In this document: positions 16,705 to 24,715 of the stretch, in pieces
Numbering within the stretch: the stretch's first letter is position 1
Layout: each line of letters starts with the position of its first letter
Assembly: GCA_045647245.1 (NCBI GenBank)
Contig: JAZRMB010000025.1
Coordinates: 12,285 to 76,284, forward strand
Source of the DNA: Clostridia bacterium
GTDB taxonomy: Bacteria; Bacillota; Clostridia; UBA1381
DNA: 64,000 nucleotides
Direction of reading: 5' to 3'
Translations under genes and position numbers: made by a program
Notes under the pieces: generated by a model
Seen by the model: the letters and a program-made list of their open reading frames with translations, nothing else
Database searches by the model: none
What the model was told of the DNA's origin: nothing

Positions 16705-17478
16705 ATGCTTGCTGTTGAAAGAAGAAATAAAATTGAAGAGATAATAACGAAAAATAAAAGCGTACTTGTGTTAGAGCTGGCAAAGCAGTTTGAGGTTACA
16801 ACAGAAACCATAAGAGGAGACCTTGAAAAGCTTGAAAAGCAGGGCGTTCTGGTAAGAACCTACGGTGGAGCAACACTTGTTGAAGGCTCGGACGCAGATA
16901 TGGCGTACACAGAGAGAGCTGCTGTAAATGCCGAAGGGAAGGAAAGAATAGGACAACGTGCGGCAAGACTTGTAAAAAACGGGGAGACAATATTCCTTGA
17001 TGCGAGTACATCGAGTCTTTATGTTGCAAAAAATATCAAGGATAAAAGCGGACTTACGGTTATCACAAATGCGGAGAGAGTTGTTGCAGAGCTTGCAGGG
17101 TGCGAGAATATAAAGGTGATATGTACCGGAGGAAGGCTTGTGCCTAAAAATATGTCCTACTGCGGAAGAACGGCAGAAGAAACAATCAGGTCAAAATATT
17201 ATGCAAATAAGCTGTTCTTTTCATGTCGCGGTGCGACAATATTAAGAGGTCTTGCAGATTCGACCGAAGAGGATGCCGAGATAAAAAAGGCAATGCTTGA
17301 AAGATCAGAAACATCGGTGTTTTTGTGTGACTATAAAAAGCTTGGTAAGCTGGGTGTGCCGATAATTTCCGATTTAAAATCAATTGATATCGTAATAACC
17401 GATATAAAGCTTAGTGAGGAATGGAACAGTGTTCTTGCAGAAAATGACGTTGAGCTTATAGAGGTTCCGAAAGAATAA
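16705..17478 (+). CDS. DeoR-family transcriptional regulator
   Basis: MLAVERRNKIEEIITKNKSVLVLELAKQFEVTTETIRGDLEKLEKQG is a DeoR HTH. The C-terminal sugar-phosphate-binding domain reads FLDASTS ... TNA. Start at ATG 16705 after ggagg. Confidence 0.9.
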   Translation: MLAVERRNKIEEIITKNKSVLVLELAKQFEVTTETIRGDLEKLEKQGVLVRTYGGATLVEGSDADMAYTERAAVNAEGKERIGQRAARLVKNGETIFLDASTSSLYVAKNIKDKSGLTVITNAERVVAELAGCENIKVICTGGRLVPKNMSYCGRTAEETIRSKYYANKLFFSCRGATILRGLADSTEEDAEIKKAMLERSETSVFLCDYKKLGKLGVPIISDLKSIDIVITDIKLSEEWNSVLAENDVELIEVPKE

Positions 17479-17486
17479 GCAAAAAA

Positions 17487-17517
17487 ATAAGAGGCTGTTT
17501 GTACCTCTTATTTTTTG
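17487..17517 (+). terminator. rho-independent terminator of the BMC operon
   Basis: aataagagg-ctgtttgta-cctcttatt followed by tttt. Confidence 0.8.
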
Positions 17518-17520
17518 CTT

Positions 17521-17703
17521 AATTAAAATAATTTATCGGTGCGATGCACCGATGAATTAAATGCAAAATGATAGATGAAATGCTCCGCATTTCTTGTATT
17601 GAATATAAGAAAACCGTAGGTTTTCAACATTCACTTTGCATTTTACATTTTGCACTTTGCATTTAAATTATAATTTTTCCATGAAGGGAAAAATTATAAT
17701 TTA
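17521..17703. repeat. A-type nested-hairpin element, variant copy (ATGCAAAATG arms)
   Basis: Has the end module AAATTATAATTT-hairpin-AAATTATAATTT (17665-17702) and the core hairpins gaaatgc-tcc-gcatttc and gaaaacc-gtag-ggttttc, as in the other A copies. The arms are atgcaaaatg / cattttgcactttgcat. It ends one base before the ZIP gene stop codon. Confidence 0.7.
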
Positions 17704-18507
17704 TCATCCAAGTAACACATCCGAAATCAGCATCAGGCAAAAGCCTGCCAAAAGTGCATAAGTTGCACCGCGCTCAGAGCCGTGGGCGTGAGTTTCGGGA
17801 ATCATTTCGTCGCTTACAACGTAAAGCATAGTACCGCCGGCAAATGCAAGTGCGAATGGGAGTATGGCTGATGCAATACTTACCGCAAAATAACCGATTA
17901 AGGTTCCTATAACCTCAACAAGTCCGGTTATTAAAGCACACACAAAGGTCCTTTTTGCAGAAACTCCCGAGGCAAGAAGAGGCCCTATAATTACCATTCC
18001 TTCGGGGATGTTTTGCAGGGCAATGCCTCCTGCAATCATAAGTGCCTGAGAGGTATTTCCCGAACCGAAGCCGACACCTGCGGCAATACCTTCGGGAAGG
18101 TTGTGTATTGCAATTGCAGTGACGAACAAAAGCACCTTGCCAAGCTCGGAGCTGCCATGCGATTCAATGTCGGGTCCTACAAGCTTGTGCAAATGAGGCA
18201 CGAGCTTATCTATGAGATTAAGACAAAAAGCACCGATAAAAATTCCCGCAATTGTTATGACAATGCCGTAGTTGCCACCGTACTCAATAGAGGGAAGAAT
18301 AAGCCCTAAAACAGCGGCAGATAACATAACACCGGCTGCAAATGAGAGTACAATGTCGGAAAATTTATGAGAAAGATTTTTGAAAATAAACCCGATAACC
18401 GAACCGATAAGCGTTGCACCGCCGACGCCTAATGCAGTTAATAATACCATTTCCATTATAATATGCACATCCTTTTGATATATTGGGGGTGTACACGATA
18501 AAGTCAT
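17704..18507 (-). CDS. zupT: ZIP-family divalent metal transporter (ZupT-like)
   Basis: Polytopic membrane protein with AIHNLPEGIA and LQNIPEGM motifs. The start may instead be Met18 at 18456. Confidence 0.85.
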   Translation of the reverse strand: MTLSCTPPIYQKDVHIIMEMVLLTALGVGGATLIGSVIGFIFKNLSHKFSDIVLSFAAGVMLSAAVLGLILPSIEYGGNYGIVITIAGIFIGAFCLNLIDKLVPHLHKLVGPDIESHGSSELGKVLLFVTAIAIHNLPEGIAAGVGFGSGNTSQALMIAGGIALQNIPEGMVIIGPLLASGVSAKRTFVCALITGLVEVIGTLIGYFAVSIASAILPFALAFAGGTMLYVVSDEMIPETHAHGSERGATYALLAGFCLMLISDVLLG

Positions 18508-18524
18508 ACTAAAGCCCCTATAGC

Positions 18525-18539
18525 TAATTAAATTAATTA
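18525..18539. promoter_or_regulatory. 7-1-7 palindrome, candidate Fur-family operator
   Basis: TAATTAA-A-TTAATTA lies 18 nt upstream of the ZIP gene ATG. It has the same 7-1-7 architecture as Fur/Zur/PerR boxes (for example TGATAATnATTATCA). Confidence 0.3.
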
Positions 18540-18658
18540 TATCTTATTTATAACTGAATGTCAATGATTTTGGAACTGACTTACAGTATTCTGAAAAAAG
18601 CAATAGGGAACTGATGGTTTTAATTTTAAGTATAAAAATCCTGTGAATTGAAAAGTAT

Positions 18659-18700
18659 TAAAAAATAACGGTAGGCTTCAAAATTGCCTGCCGTTATTTT
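18659..18700 (-). terminator. rho-independent terminator of the rubredoxin-ferritin unit
   Basis: Minus-strand ataacggcagg-loop-cctaccgttat (one mismatch) followed by uuuuuu. Confidence 0.6.
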
Positions 18701-18713
18701 GGAATAATTAATC

Positions 18714-19226
18714 TTATAAAACTAAAGACGGTGCAGAGTATATGCGTGCACCGAGCTCGCTGTTAAGCATATAAAGACTCTTGGGATCAGAACCAAAAAG
18801 CTCCATCTTGGTGATTAAATCGTTAGCATTTGTCTCTTCTTCGCCCTGTTCCTTAACAAACCAGTCTAAAAACTGCATTGTACGGAAATCTTTCACATCA
18901 TATGCTGCTGCATAGATATCATTGATTAGTGATGTTACGTATTCCTCGTGCTCAAGTCCTGCTTTTAAAACAGTCATATCACTGTCTAAAACCTTATCGG
19001 GCTTTGCAATAGCATCAAGTGTTACCTTTTCGTTATTGTTGATAAGATAACGATAGAATAACATTGCGTGGTCTCTTTCTTCCTGCGCCTGAATAAAATA
19101 CCAGTTTGCAAAGCCGTTAAGACCTCTTTCTTCAAAATAGTTTGAAAAATCAAGATACAGATATGCAGAATAAAGTTCTTTATTAATCTGCTGATTTAAA
19201 AGCTCTCTTACTTTTTCGTTCATCAT
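18714..19226 (-). CDS. non-heme ferritin
   Basis: 170 aa with ferroxidase-centre residues in ELYSAYLYL ... QAQEERDHAM ... LEHEEYV. Confidence 0.9.
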   Translation of the reverse strand: MMNEKVRELLNQQINKELYSAYLYLDFSNYFEERGLNGFANWYFIQAQEERDHAMLFYRYLINNNEKVTLDAIAKPDKVLDSDMTVLKAGLEHEEYVTSLINDIYAAAYDVKDFRTMQFLDWFVKEQGEEETNANDLITKMELFGSDPKSLYMLNSELGARIYSAPSLVL

Positions 19227-19244
19227 AATACCAACCTCCGACTT

Positions 19245-19403
19245 TTATTCTTCTGAGAACATATCCTTGCCTACTGCACAAAGCGGACAAGCAAAATCTT
19301 CCGGTAAATCCTCAAACTTTGTTCCGGGTGCAATTCCTGCATCGGCATAGCCTTCAGCTTCGTCATAAACCCAGCCGCAAACGTCACATACATACTTTTT
19401 CAT
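19245..19403 (-). CDS. rubredoxin (52 aa, absent from the ORF track)
   Basis: Reverse translation gives [52 protein letters not shown], with CxxCG ... CPxCG rubredoxin knuckles. RBS aaggagg lies 8 nt upstream. Confidence 0.9.
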   Translation of the reverse strand: MKKYVCDVCGWVYDEAEGYADAGIAPGTKFEDLPEDFACPLCAVGKDMFSEE

Positions 19404-19473
19404 AATAAAATTCCTCCTTGAATTGTATTTGTAATTAGTATAATCCGTAATGAATTATATTAAACATATTGAT

Positions 19474-19502
19474 ATTGTATCATAAGGTGAGTACATTGTA
19501 AA
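19474..19502 (-). promoter_or_regulatory. candidate sigma-A promoter of rubredoxin-ferritin
   Basis: On the minus strand: TTTACA (19502-19497), 17 nt spacer, TACAAT (19479-19474). Confidence 0.4.
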
Positions 19503-19506
19503 CAGA

Positions 19507-19995
19507 TTATCGTCTCTTATAAGTACAAAATCTGATTATATGACCATTATCCTCAATGTCGTCACTCTCTTCTGCTAAATACCACTCGGGGTCATTATCG
19601 AAGTCGTGAATGAATGTGTCGGCATCTGCATCCTCATATACTCTTGTTATAAGTGCGGTATCGCAGTAGGGAAGCATCTGTTCATATATATTGCCGCCGC
19701 CTATAACAAAGACCTTTTTTTCGGGATAATCTCTGCTGATTCTTTCTGCTTCTTCAGGGCTGTGTGCCGTTATAACATTTTCTGCAGAAAAGTCTGCGTT
19801 TCTTGTTATTACAATGTTTACCCTCTTTGGAAGAGGTTTTTTGTTGGGGAAGCTTTCAAGCGTTTTTCTTCCCATTATAACAACCGAGTCTGTTGTTGTT
19901 TCTCTGAAAAATTTCATATCAAGCGGCAGACGGAACATAAGGTCGTTGTTTTTTCCGATACCGTTGTTTTTGTCTGCATGAGCAATTATTATCAT
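19507..19995 (-). CDS. folA: dihydrofolate reductase
   Basis: 162 aa with IGKNNDLMFRLPLDMKFFRETT ... VIMGRKT ... VFVIGGGNIYEQ motifs. Confidence 0.9.
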   Translation of the reverse strand: MIIIAHADKNNGIGKNNDLMFRLPLDMKFFRETTTDSVVIMGRKTLESFPNKKPLPKRVNIVITRNADFSAENVITAHSPEEAERISRDYPEKKVFVIGGGNIYEQMLPYCDTALITRVYEDADADTFIHDFDNDPEWYLAEESDDIEDNGHIIRFCTYKRR

Positions 19996-20013
19996 AGTAA
20001 AATCCTTTCCGCT

Positions 20014-20237
20014 AATTATAATTTATCGCTTCGCTCTAAATTATAAAGTTAGGAGTTTGGAATTAGGAGTTAGGAGTTAATGTGCAAAAGCTTACGCTTT
20101 TGAAATGACTGAAAAAGAAATGCTTTGCATTTCTAAATATTAATATCAGAAAACTGTAAGGTTTTCTACCATAACTCCTAACTCCACACTCCTAACTTCT
20201 AACTAATTATAATTTTGCTCCGCAAAATTATAATTTA
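20014..20237. repeat. A-type nested-hairpin element (TTAGGAG-heptamer arms), copy between folA and thyA
   Basis: Layout: AATTATAATTT-hairpin-AAATTATAA, then GTTAGGAGTTTGGAATTAGGAGTTAGGAGTT, three tetraloop hairpins (caaaagc-ttac-gcttttg, gaaatgc-ttt-gcatttc, gaaaac-tgtaa-ggttttc), then AACTCCTAACTCCACACTCCTAACTTCTAAC, then AATTATAATTT-hairpin-AAATTATAATTTA. It is close to the reverse complement of 40085-40310. Confidence 0.85.
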
Positions 20238-21065
20238 TATTGCAATCGGTATTTTCACATCAAGTTCGTGGCATTTATAGCCGTCAAGCTTGAAGCTGTC
20301 TGTGGTGTATTTATAAAAATCGGTATTGTCGTCACATTTGATAAGCTTCGGAGCTTCAAGGGGTTCACGTTTTAATATCTCTTTAACAATCGGAACGTGG
20401 CGGTCGTAAATATGTGCATCAGCAATTACGTGCACAAGCTCACCTACTTCAAGTCCGCTTGCCTCTGCCATCATATACTGCAAAAGTGCGTACTGAACAA
20501 CATTCCAGTTATTTGCCATAAGCATATCCTGAGAACGCTGGTTTAATATACAGTTTAACGTCTTTTTGCTTACATTAAATGTTACCGAATAAGCACATGG
20601 GTAGAGATTCATTTCAGATAAGTCGCTGTGGTTGTAGATGTTTGTCATAATTCTTCTTGACTGCGGATTGTTTTTGAGGTCAAAAAGAACTCTGTCTACT
20701 TGGTCAAACTCGCCCTCGGGATACTTATGCTTTACGCCAAGCTGATAGCCGTAAGCTTTTCCAATTGAACCGTTTTCGTCTGCCCATTCATCCCAGATAT
20801 GGCTGTTCAAATCCTTTATGTTGTTTGACTTTTTCTGCCATATCCAAAGGATTTCGTCAAAGGCACTTTTAAAATATGTGCGTCTTAAGGTCAGGATGGG
20901 GAACTCTTCTTTAAGATTATAGCGGTTTACTACTCCGAATTTTTTTACCGTGTGTGCACTCGAGCCATCCTCCCATTTCGGGCGTACGTCGCAGTCGGTA
21001 TCCCACACGCCGTTTTCTATTATATCAGTCATATTTTTTATGAAAATTTCATCCGCTCTGCTCAT
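20235..21065 (-). CDS. thyA: thymidylate synthase (ThyA)
   Basis: 276 aa with RRIMTNIYN, LYPCAYSVTFNV (catalytic Cys) and QRSQDMLMANNWNVVQYALL motifs. Confidence 0.95.
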   Translation of the reverse strand: MSRADEIFIKNMTDIIENGVWDTDCDVRPKWEDGSSAHTVKKFGVVNRYNLKEEFPILTLRRTYFKSAFDEILWIWQKKSNNIKDLNSHIWDEWADENGSIGKAYGYQLGVKHKYPEGEFDQVDRVLFDLKNNPQSRRIMTNIYNHSDLSEMNLYPCAYSVTFNVSKKTLNCILNQRSQDMLMANNWNVVQYALLQYMMAEASGLEVGELVHVIADAHIYDRHVPIVKEILKREPLEAPKLIKCDDNTDFYKYTTDSFKLDGYKCHELDVKIPIAI

Positions 21066-21128
21066 TGGGACATCTCCTTTGTTCTATTTTTTTCTATTGT
21101 ACCATAAATTAGGAATAAATACAACAGG

Positions 21129-21361
21129 AATTTATAATTTAGCTGACGCTAAATTAGTTAGGAGTTAGGAATTAGGAGTTAGGAGTTATGGTAGAAAACC
21201 TTGCGGTTTTCAATGATTTATATTTATAAAAGCCAAATTTGTTGACATTATTTTAAATATATCAGAAAAATGCACTGCATTTTTCTTTCAATCAACTCCT
21301 AACTCCTAATTCCTAACTCCTAACTATTATAATTTATTGCGAAGCGATAAATTATAATTTA
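21129..21361. repeat. A-type nested-hairpin element, copy between thyA and spmA (opposite orientation to 20014-20237)
   Basis: Same end modules and TTAGGAG/CTCCTAA arms. Core hairpins are gaaaacc-ttgc-ggttttc and gaaaaatgc-act-gcatttttc. It ends 13 nt before the spmA start. Confidence 0.85.
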
Positions 21362-21374
21362 AGGGGGTTTTTCA

Positions 21375-21968
21375 TTGAATTATATCTGGTCTTTTATGGT
21401 TATTGCATCACTTGTATCGGGTGCATTTAACGGGAATATTCAGGATGTTTTGACGGCAGGGCTTTCGGGTGCGGAAAATGCGGTGAAGGTGTGTCTGTCC
21501 TTTGCAGGTATGATGTGCTTTTGGTCTGGTATGCTTGCTCTTTCGGAAAAAAGCGGTATGTCGGAGAAAATTGCAAGGCTTCTCTCGCCCTTGCTGTCGG
21601 GGATATTCGGTAAAGACTCACCGGCACTCGGAGCCGTTGCGATGAATGTTACAGCCAATATGCTCGGGATGGGCAATGCGGCGACTCCTGCGGGTATGAC
21701 GGCTATGCGTTTGCTTGATAAAGAAAACAACCGTAGCTATCCCAACAGAAAAATGGCTGTTTTTGCGGTTATGAATACTGCCTCACTTCAGCTTGTGCCT
21801 ACGACGGTCGCATCGATGCGTGCCTCGGCGGGTTCGGGTGAGCCGTTTGATATAATTGTGCCTGTATGGATAACATCTGCAGTGAGTCTTGTGTGTTCGA
21901 TAGCGGTAGTGTGTTGTCTGTTTAATAAGAAAACTGAAGGTGTCAAACGACTAATTAATGAGAGCTGA
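21375..21968 (+). CDS. spmA: spore maturation protein A (nucleoside-recognition domain)
   Basis: 197 aa membrane protein; IWSFMV...GAENAVKVCLSFAGMMCFWSGM...NMLGMGNAATPAG pattern. TTG start after aaggggg. Confidence 0.85.
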   Translation: MNYIWSFMVIASLVSGAFNGNIQDVLTAGLSGAENAVKVCLSFAGMMCFWSGMLALSEKSGMSEKIARLLSPLLSGIFGKDSPALGAVAMNVTANMLGMGNAATPAGMTAMRLLDKENNRSYPNRKMAVFAVMNTASLQLVPTTVASMRASAGSGEPFDIIVPVWITSAVSLVCSIAVVCCLFNKKTEGVKRLINES

Positions 21969-21980
21969 CGGCGGTGGTGT

Positions 21981-22487
21981 ATGACGGAATTTATCGTACC
22001 TTTATTTATAATAATATGCATATTACTTTGCTTAAAAAGAAGGGAGGCGGTTTATTCTCTTTTCATTGACGGAGCAGAGGGAGGTATGCAGACCGTAATA
22101 AGGATATTGCCTGCAATGATTGCGGTTATGTCTGCATCTGCAATGCTTAATGAATCCGGCATTATGGATTTTATAACAAAAAGTCTTTTAAAACTTCTGC
22201 CGATAAAGCTTCCGGCAGAAGTTTTATCGCTTGCATTGCTGCGGCCCGTATCGGGAAGCGGCTCGGTCGGACTTTTAGCAGATATTATAGACCGGACCGG
22301 GGCAGACTCTATGGTGGCAAGGATGGCTTCTGTTATATGTGCGTCGAGTGAAACAACTTTGTATGTGTTGACGGTATATTTTGGCTCAACAAGGGTAAAA
22401 TATACAAAAAGAGTTTTATTTGCCGCTTTAATAGGTGATTTTGTATGTGTTTTGACCGCAATTTTGACCTGCAAGATATTTTTTTAA
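21981..22487 (+). CDS. spmB: spore maturation protein B
   Basis: 168 aa membrane protein immediately after spmA; LLRPVSGSGSVG ... SETTLYVLTVYFG pattern. Confidence 0.85.
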   Translation: MTEFIVPLFIIICILLCLKRREAVYSLFIDGAEGGMQTVIRILPAMIAVMSASAMLNESGIMDFITKSLLKLLPIKLPAEVLSLALLRPVSGSGSVGLLADIIDRTGADSMVARMASVICASSETTLYVLTVYFGSTRVKYTKRVLFAALIGDFVCVLTAILTCKIFF

Positions 22488-22516
22488 CAAAAAGTAATAA
22501 AATTGTAAAAATATAC

Positions 22517-22545
22517 TTGAAAAATTTAAAGATTTACGATACAAT
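22517..22545 (+). promoter_or_regulatory. candidate sigma-A promoter of pgk-tpiA-gpmI
   Basis: TTGAAA (22517-22522), 17 nt spacer, TACAAT (22540-22545). Confidence 0.45.
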
Positions 22546-22604
22546 ATTAGGGAATGGGAAAAACTGTTCCCAAAGATAAAATTATATAATAAGAGGTGTC
22601 GAAA

Positions 22605-23798
22605 ATGTTAAACAAGAAAAGCGTTGAGGACATTCAGGTAAAGGGAAAGAGAGTACTCGTAAGATGTGACTTTAACGTTCCCCTGGATGAAAACAGAAAC
22701 ATTACTGACGAAACAAGAATTGACGGTGCACTTCCCACCATCAAGTATCTTATTGATAACGGTGCAAAGGTTATCCTTTGCTCACATATGGGTAAGCCCA
22801 AGGGCGAGCCGAAGCCGGAGCTTTCACTTGCTCCCGTTGCAGCTTCTTTGTCAAAGAAGCTCGGCAAGGATGTTATTTTTGCTGCTGATGCAAACGTTGT
22901 AGGCGAGAATGCAAAGAAGGCTGTTTCAGAAATGGCAGAGGGCGATGTTGTTCTTCTTGAGAACACACGTTATCGTGCAGAAGAGACAAAGAATGTTGCG
23001 GAGTTCTCACAGGAGCTTGCTTCACTTGCTGACGTATTTGTAAACGATGCTTTCGGTACAGCTCACAGAGCACACTGCTCAAACGTAGGCGTTACAGAGT
23101 ATATTGAAACAGCTGCTTGCGGATATCTTATCCAGAAGGAAATTGAATTCCTCGGCAATGCAGTAAATAACCCCGTAAGACCGCTCGTTGCAGTTCTTGG
23201 TGGTTCAAAGGTTTCATCAAAGATTTCTGTTATCAACAACCTTCTTGAAAAGGTTGATACACTTATCATCGGTGGCGGTATGGCTTATACATTCATGAAG
23301 GCTCTCGGAATGAATGTTGGTGACTCACTTTTAGAGGCTGACTACATCGACTATGCAAAAGAGATGATGGACAAGGCAGAGGCAAAGGGTGTTAAGCTCT
23401 TAATCCCTGTTGACACAGTTGTTGCAAAGGAATTCAACAACGATGCTGAATCAAAGATTTCTGAAAAGGGTATGGAAGACGGCTGGATGGGTCTTGATAT
23501 CGGACCTAAGACCGTTGAACTCTTCAGCGATGCTTTGAAGGAAGCAAAGACAGTTGTATGGAACGGACCTATGGGCGTGTTTGAAATGCCGAACTTCGCA
23601 AAGGGTACAAACGCAATTGCCAATGTTCTTGCAGAAATTGATGCTACAACAATCATCGGCGGCGGTGACAGCGTTGCGGCTGTTAACCAGGCAGGTCTTG
23701 GTGATAAGATGAGCCACATTTCAACAGGCGGCGGTGCTTCAATGGAATTCTTGGAGGGTAAGGACCTTCCGGGTATCGTTGCAATCAACGACAAATAA
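22605..23798 (+). CDS. pgk: phosphoglycerate kinase
   Basis: [21 protein letters not shown] and GGGMAYTF motifs. ATG 22605 is preferred over the tracked GTG at 22596, which lies inside the RBS aagagg. Confidence 0.95.
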   Translation: MLNKKSVEDIQVKGKRVLVRCDFNVPLDENRNITDETRIDGALPTIKYLIDNGAKVILCSHMGKPKGEPKPELSLAPVAASLSKKLGKDVIFAADANVVGENAKKAVSEMAEGDVVLLENTRYRAEETKNVAEFSQELASLADVFVNDAFGTAHRAHCSNVGVTEYIETAACGYLIQKEIEFLGNAVNNPVRPLVAVLGGSKVSSKISVINNLLEKVDTLIIGGGMAYTFMKALGMNVGDSLLEADYIDYAKEMMDKAEAKGVKLLIPVDTVVAKEFNNDAESKISEKGMEDGWMGLDIGPKTVELFSDALKEAKTVVWNGPMGVFEMPNFAKGTNAIANVLAEIDATTIIGGGDSVAAVNQAGLGDKMSHISTGGGASMEFLEGKDLPGIVAINDK

Positions 23799-23882
23799 TT
23801 TTAAATATTAAAGGATTCTCCGGCGGTATTTAATGCCTACCGGAGAATTCTTGTGTAATTTTTCGGAAAGGAATTGATAAAA

Positions 23883-24635
23883 ATGGGTAAGTATATTATT
23901 GCAGGTAACTGGAAGATGAACAAGCTTCCGTCAGAAACATATGATTTTGTAAAGGAAATTGCAGCTAAAAATGCAGATGCTTCATGTGAAGTTGTATGTT
24001 GCACACCGTATGTATGCCTTCAGAATGCTGTTGAGGCTGCAAAGGGCACAAACGTAAAAATCGGTGCAGAGAACCTTCACTTTGAGGACAAGGGTGCATT
24101 CACAGGCGAGGTTTCTGCTGATATGCTTCTTGATTTGGGCGTTACCTATGTAATCATAGGCCATTCGGAGAGAAGACAGTATTTTGCTGAAACAGACGAA
24201 ACTGTAAACTTAAAGACAAAGAAGGCTCTTGAAAAGGGTCTTATCCCCATTGTTTGCGTAGGTGAGAGCTTAGAAGAAAGAGAAGCAGGCGTGACAATGG
24301 ACTTAATCGCATTCCAGACAAAGAAGGCATTCCTCGGAATCAACGCTGATGATGCGAAGAAGGTTGTTATCGCATATGAGCCTATCTGGGCTATCGGAAC
24401 AGGTAAGACTGCAACAGCAGAGCAGGCTGAAGAGGTTTGCGGCGGAATCCGTAAGATTATTGAAGGTCTTTACGACGCTGAAACTGCAAAGGCTGTTACA
24501 ATCCAGTACGGCGGAAGTATGAATGCTGCTAATGCTGCAGAGCTCCTTTCAAAGGAAAACATTGACGGCGGACTTATCGGCGGTGCTTCACTTAAGGCTG
24601 ATGATTTCTCGGTAATCGTTGCAGCTGCAAAATAA
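23883..24635 (+). CDS. tpiA: triosephosphate isomerase
   Basis: IIAGNWKMN, VIIGHSERR, AYEPIWAIGTG and GGLIGGASL motifs. ATG 23883 follows ggaaagga. Confidence 0.95.
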   Translation: MGKYIIAGNWKMNKLPSETYDFVKEIAAKNADASCEVVCCTPYVCLQNAVEAAKGTNVKIGAENLHFEDKGAFTGEVSADMLLDLGVTYVIIGHSERRQYFAETDETVNLKTKKALEKGLIPIVCVGESLEEREAGVTMDLIAFQTKKAFLGINADDAKKVVIAYEPIWAIGTGKTATAEQAEEVCGGIRKIIEGLYDAETAKAVTIQYGGSMNAANAAELLSKENIDGGLIGGASLKADDFSVIVAAAK

Positions 24636-24715
24636 TTTAACGAAAATTTTGCCCATGCGTTTTATAATAAAGCGTATGGGCAAACCTTTATACAATCGAA
24701 AGGAATGATAAAACT

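Noticed and set aside
7650-17478. Search for a diol dehydratase, ethanolamine ammonia-lyase, glycyl-radical enzyme or activase within or beside the BMC locus.
   Set aside because: None of the ORFs between 5058 and 19995 has the size or motifs of these enzymes. The locus was therefore not called Pdu, Eut or GRM.
20046-20205. TTAGGAG heptamer runs considered as a CRISPR array or telomere-like tandem repeat.
   Set aside because: The runs are only 4-5 units long and have no uniform spacers. Each is matched by a complementary CTCCTAA run about 100 bp away, so they are the arms of a hairpin element, not a CRISPR array.
21242-21275. A TTGACA hexamer inside the A-type element at 21129-21361, considered as an outward-reading promoter for spmA.
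   Set aside because: No acceptable -10 hexamer lies at 16-18 nt spacing, so the match is probably fortuitous.
23818-24681. Intercistronic hairpins after pgk (ctccgg...ccggag at about 23818-23848) and after tpiA (gcccatgcg...cgtatgggc at 24651-24681), considered as terminators.
   Set aside because: Neither is followed by a U-run and the three glycolytic genes are likely co-transcribed. They may be mRNA processing or stability hairpins, but I cannot support more than that.
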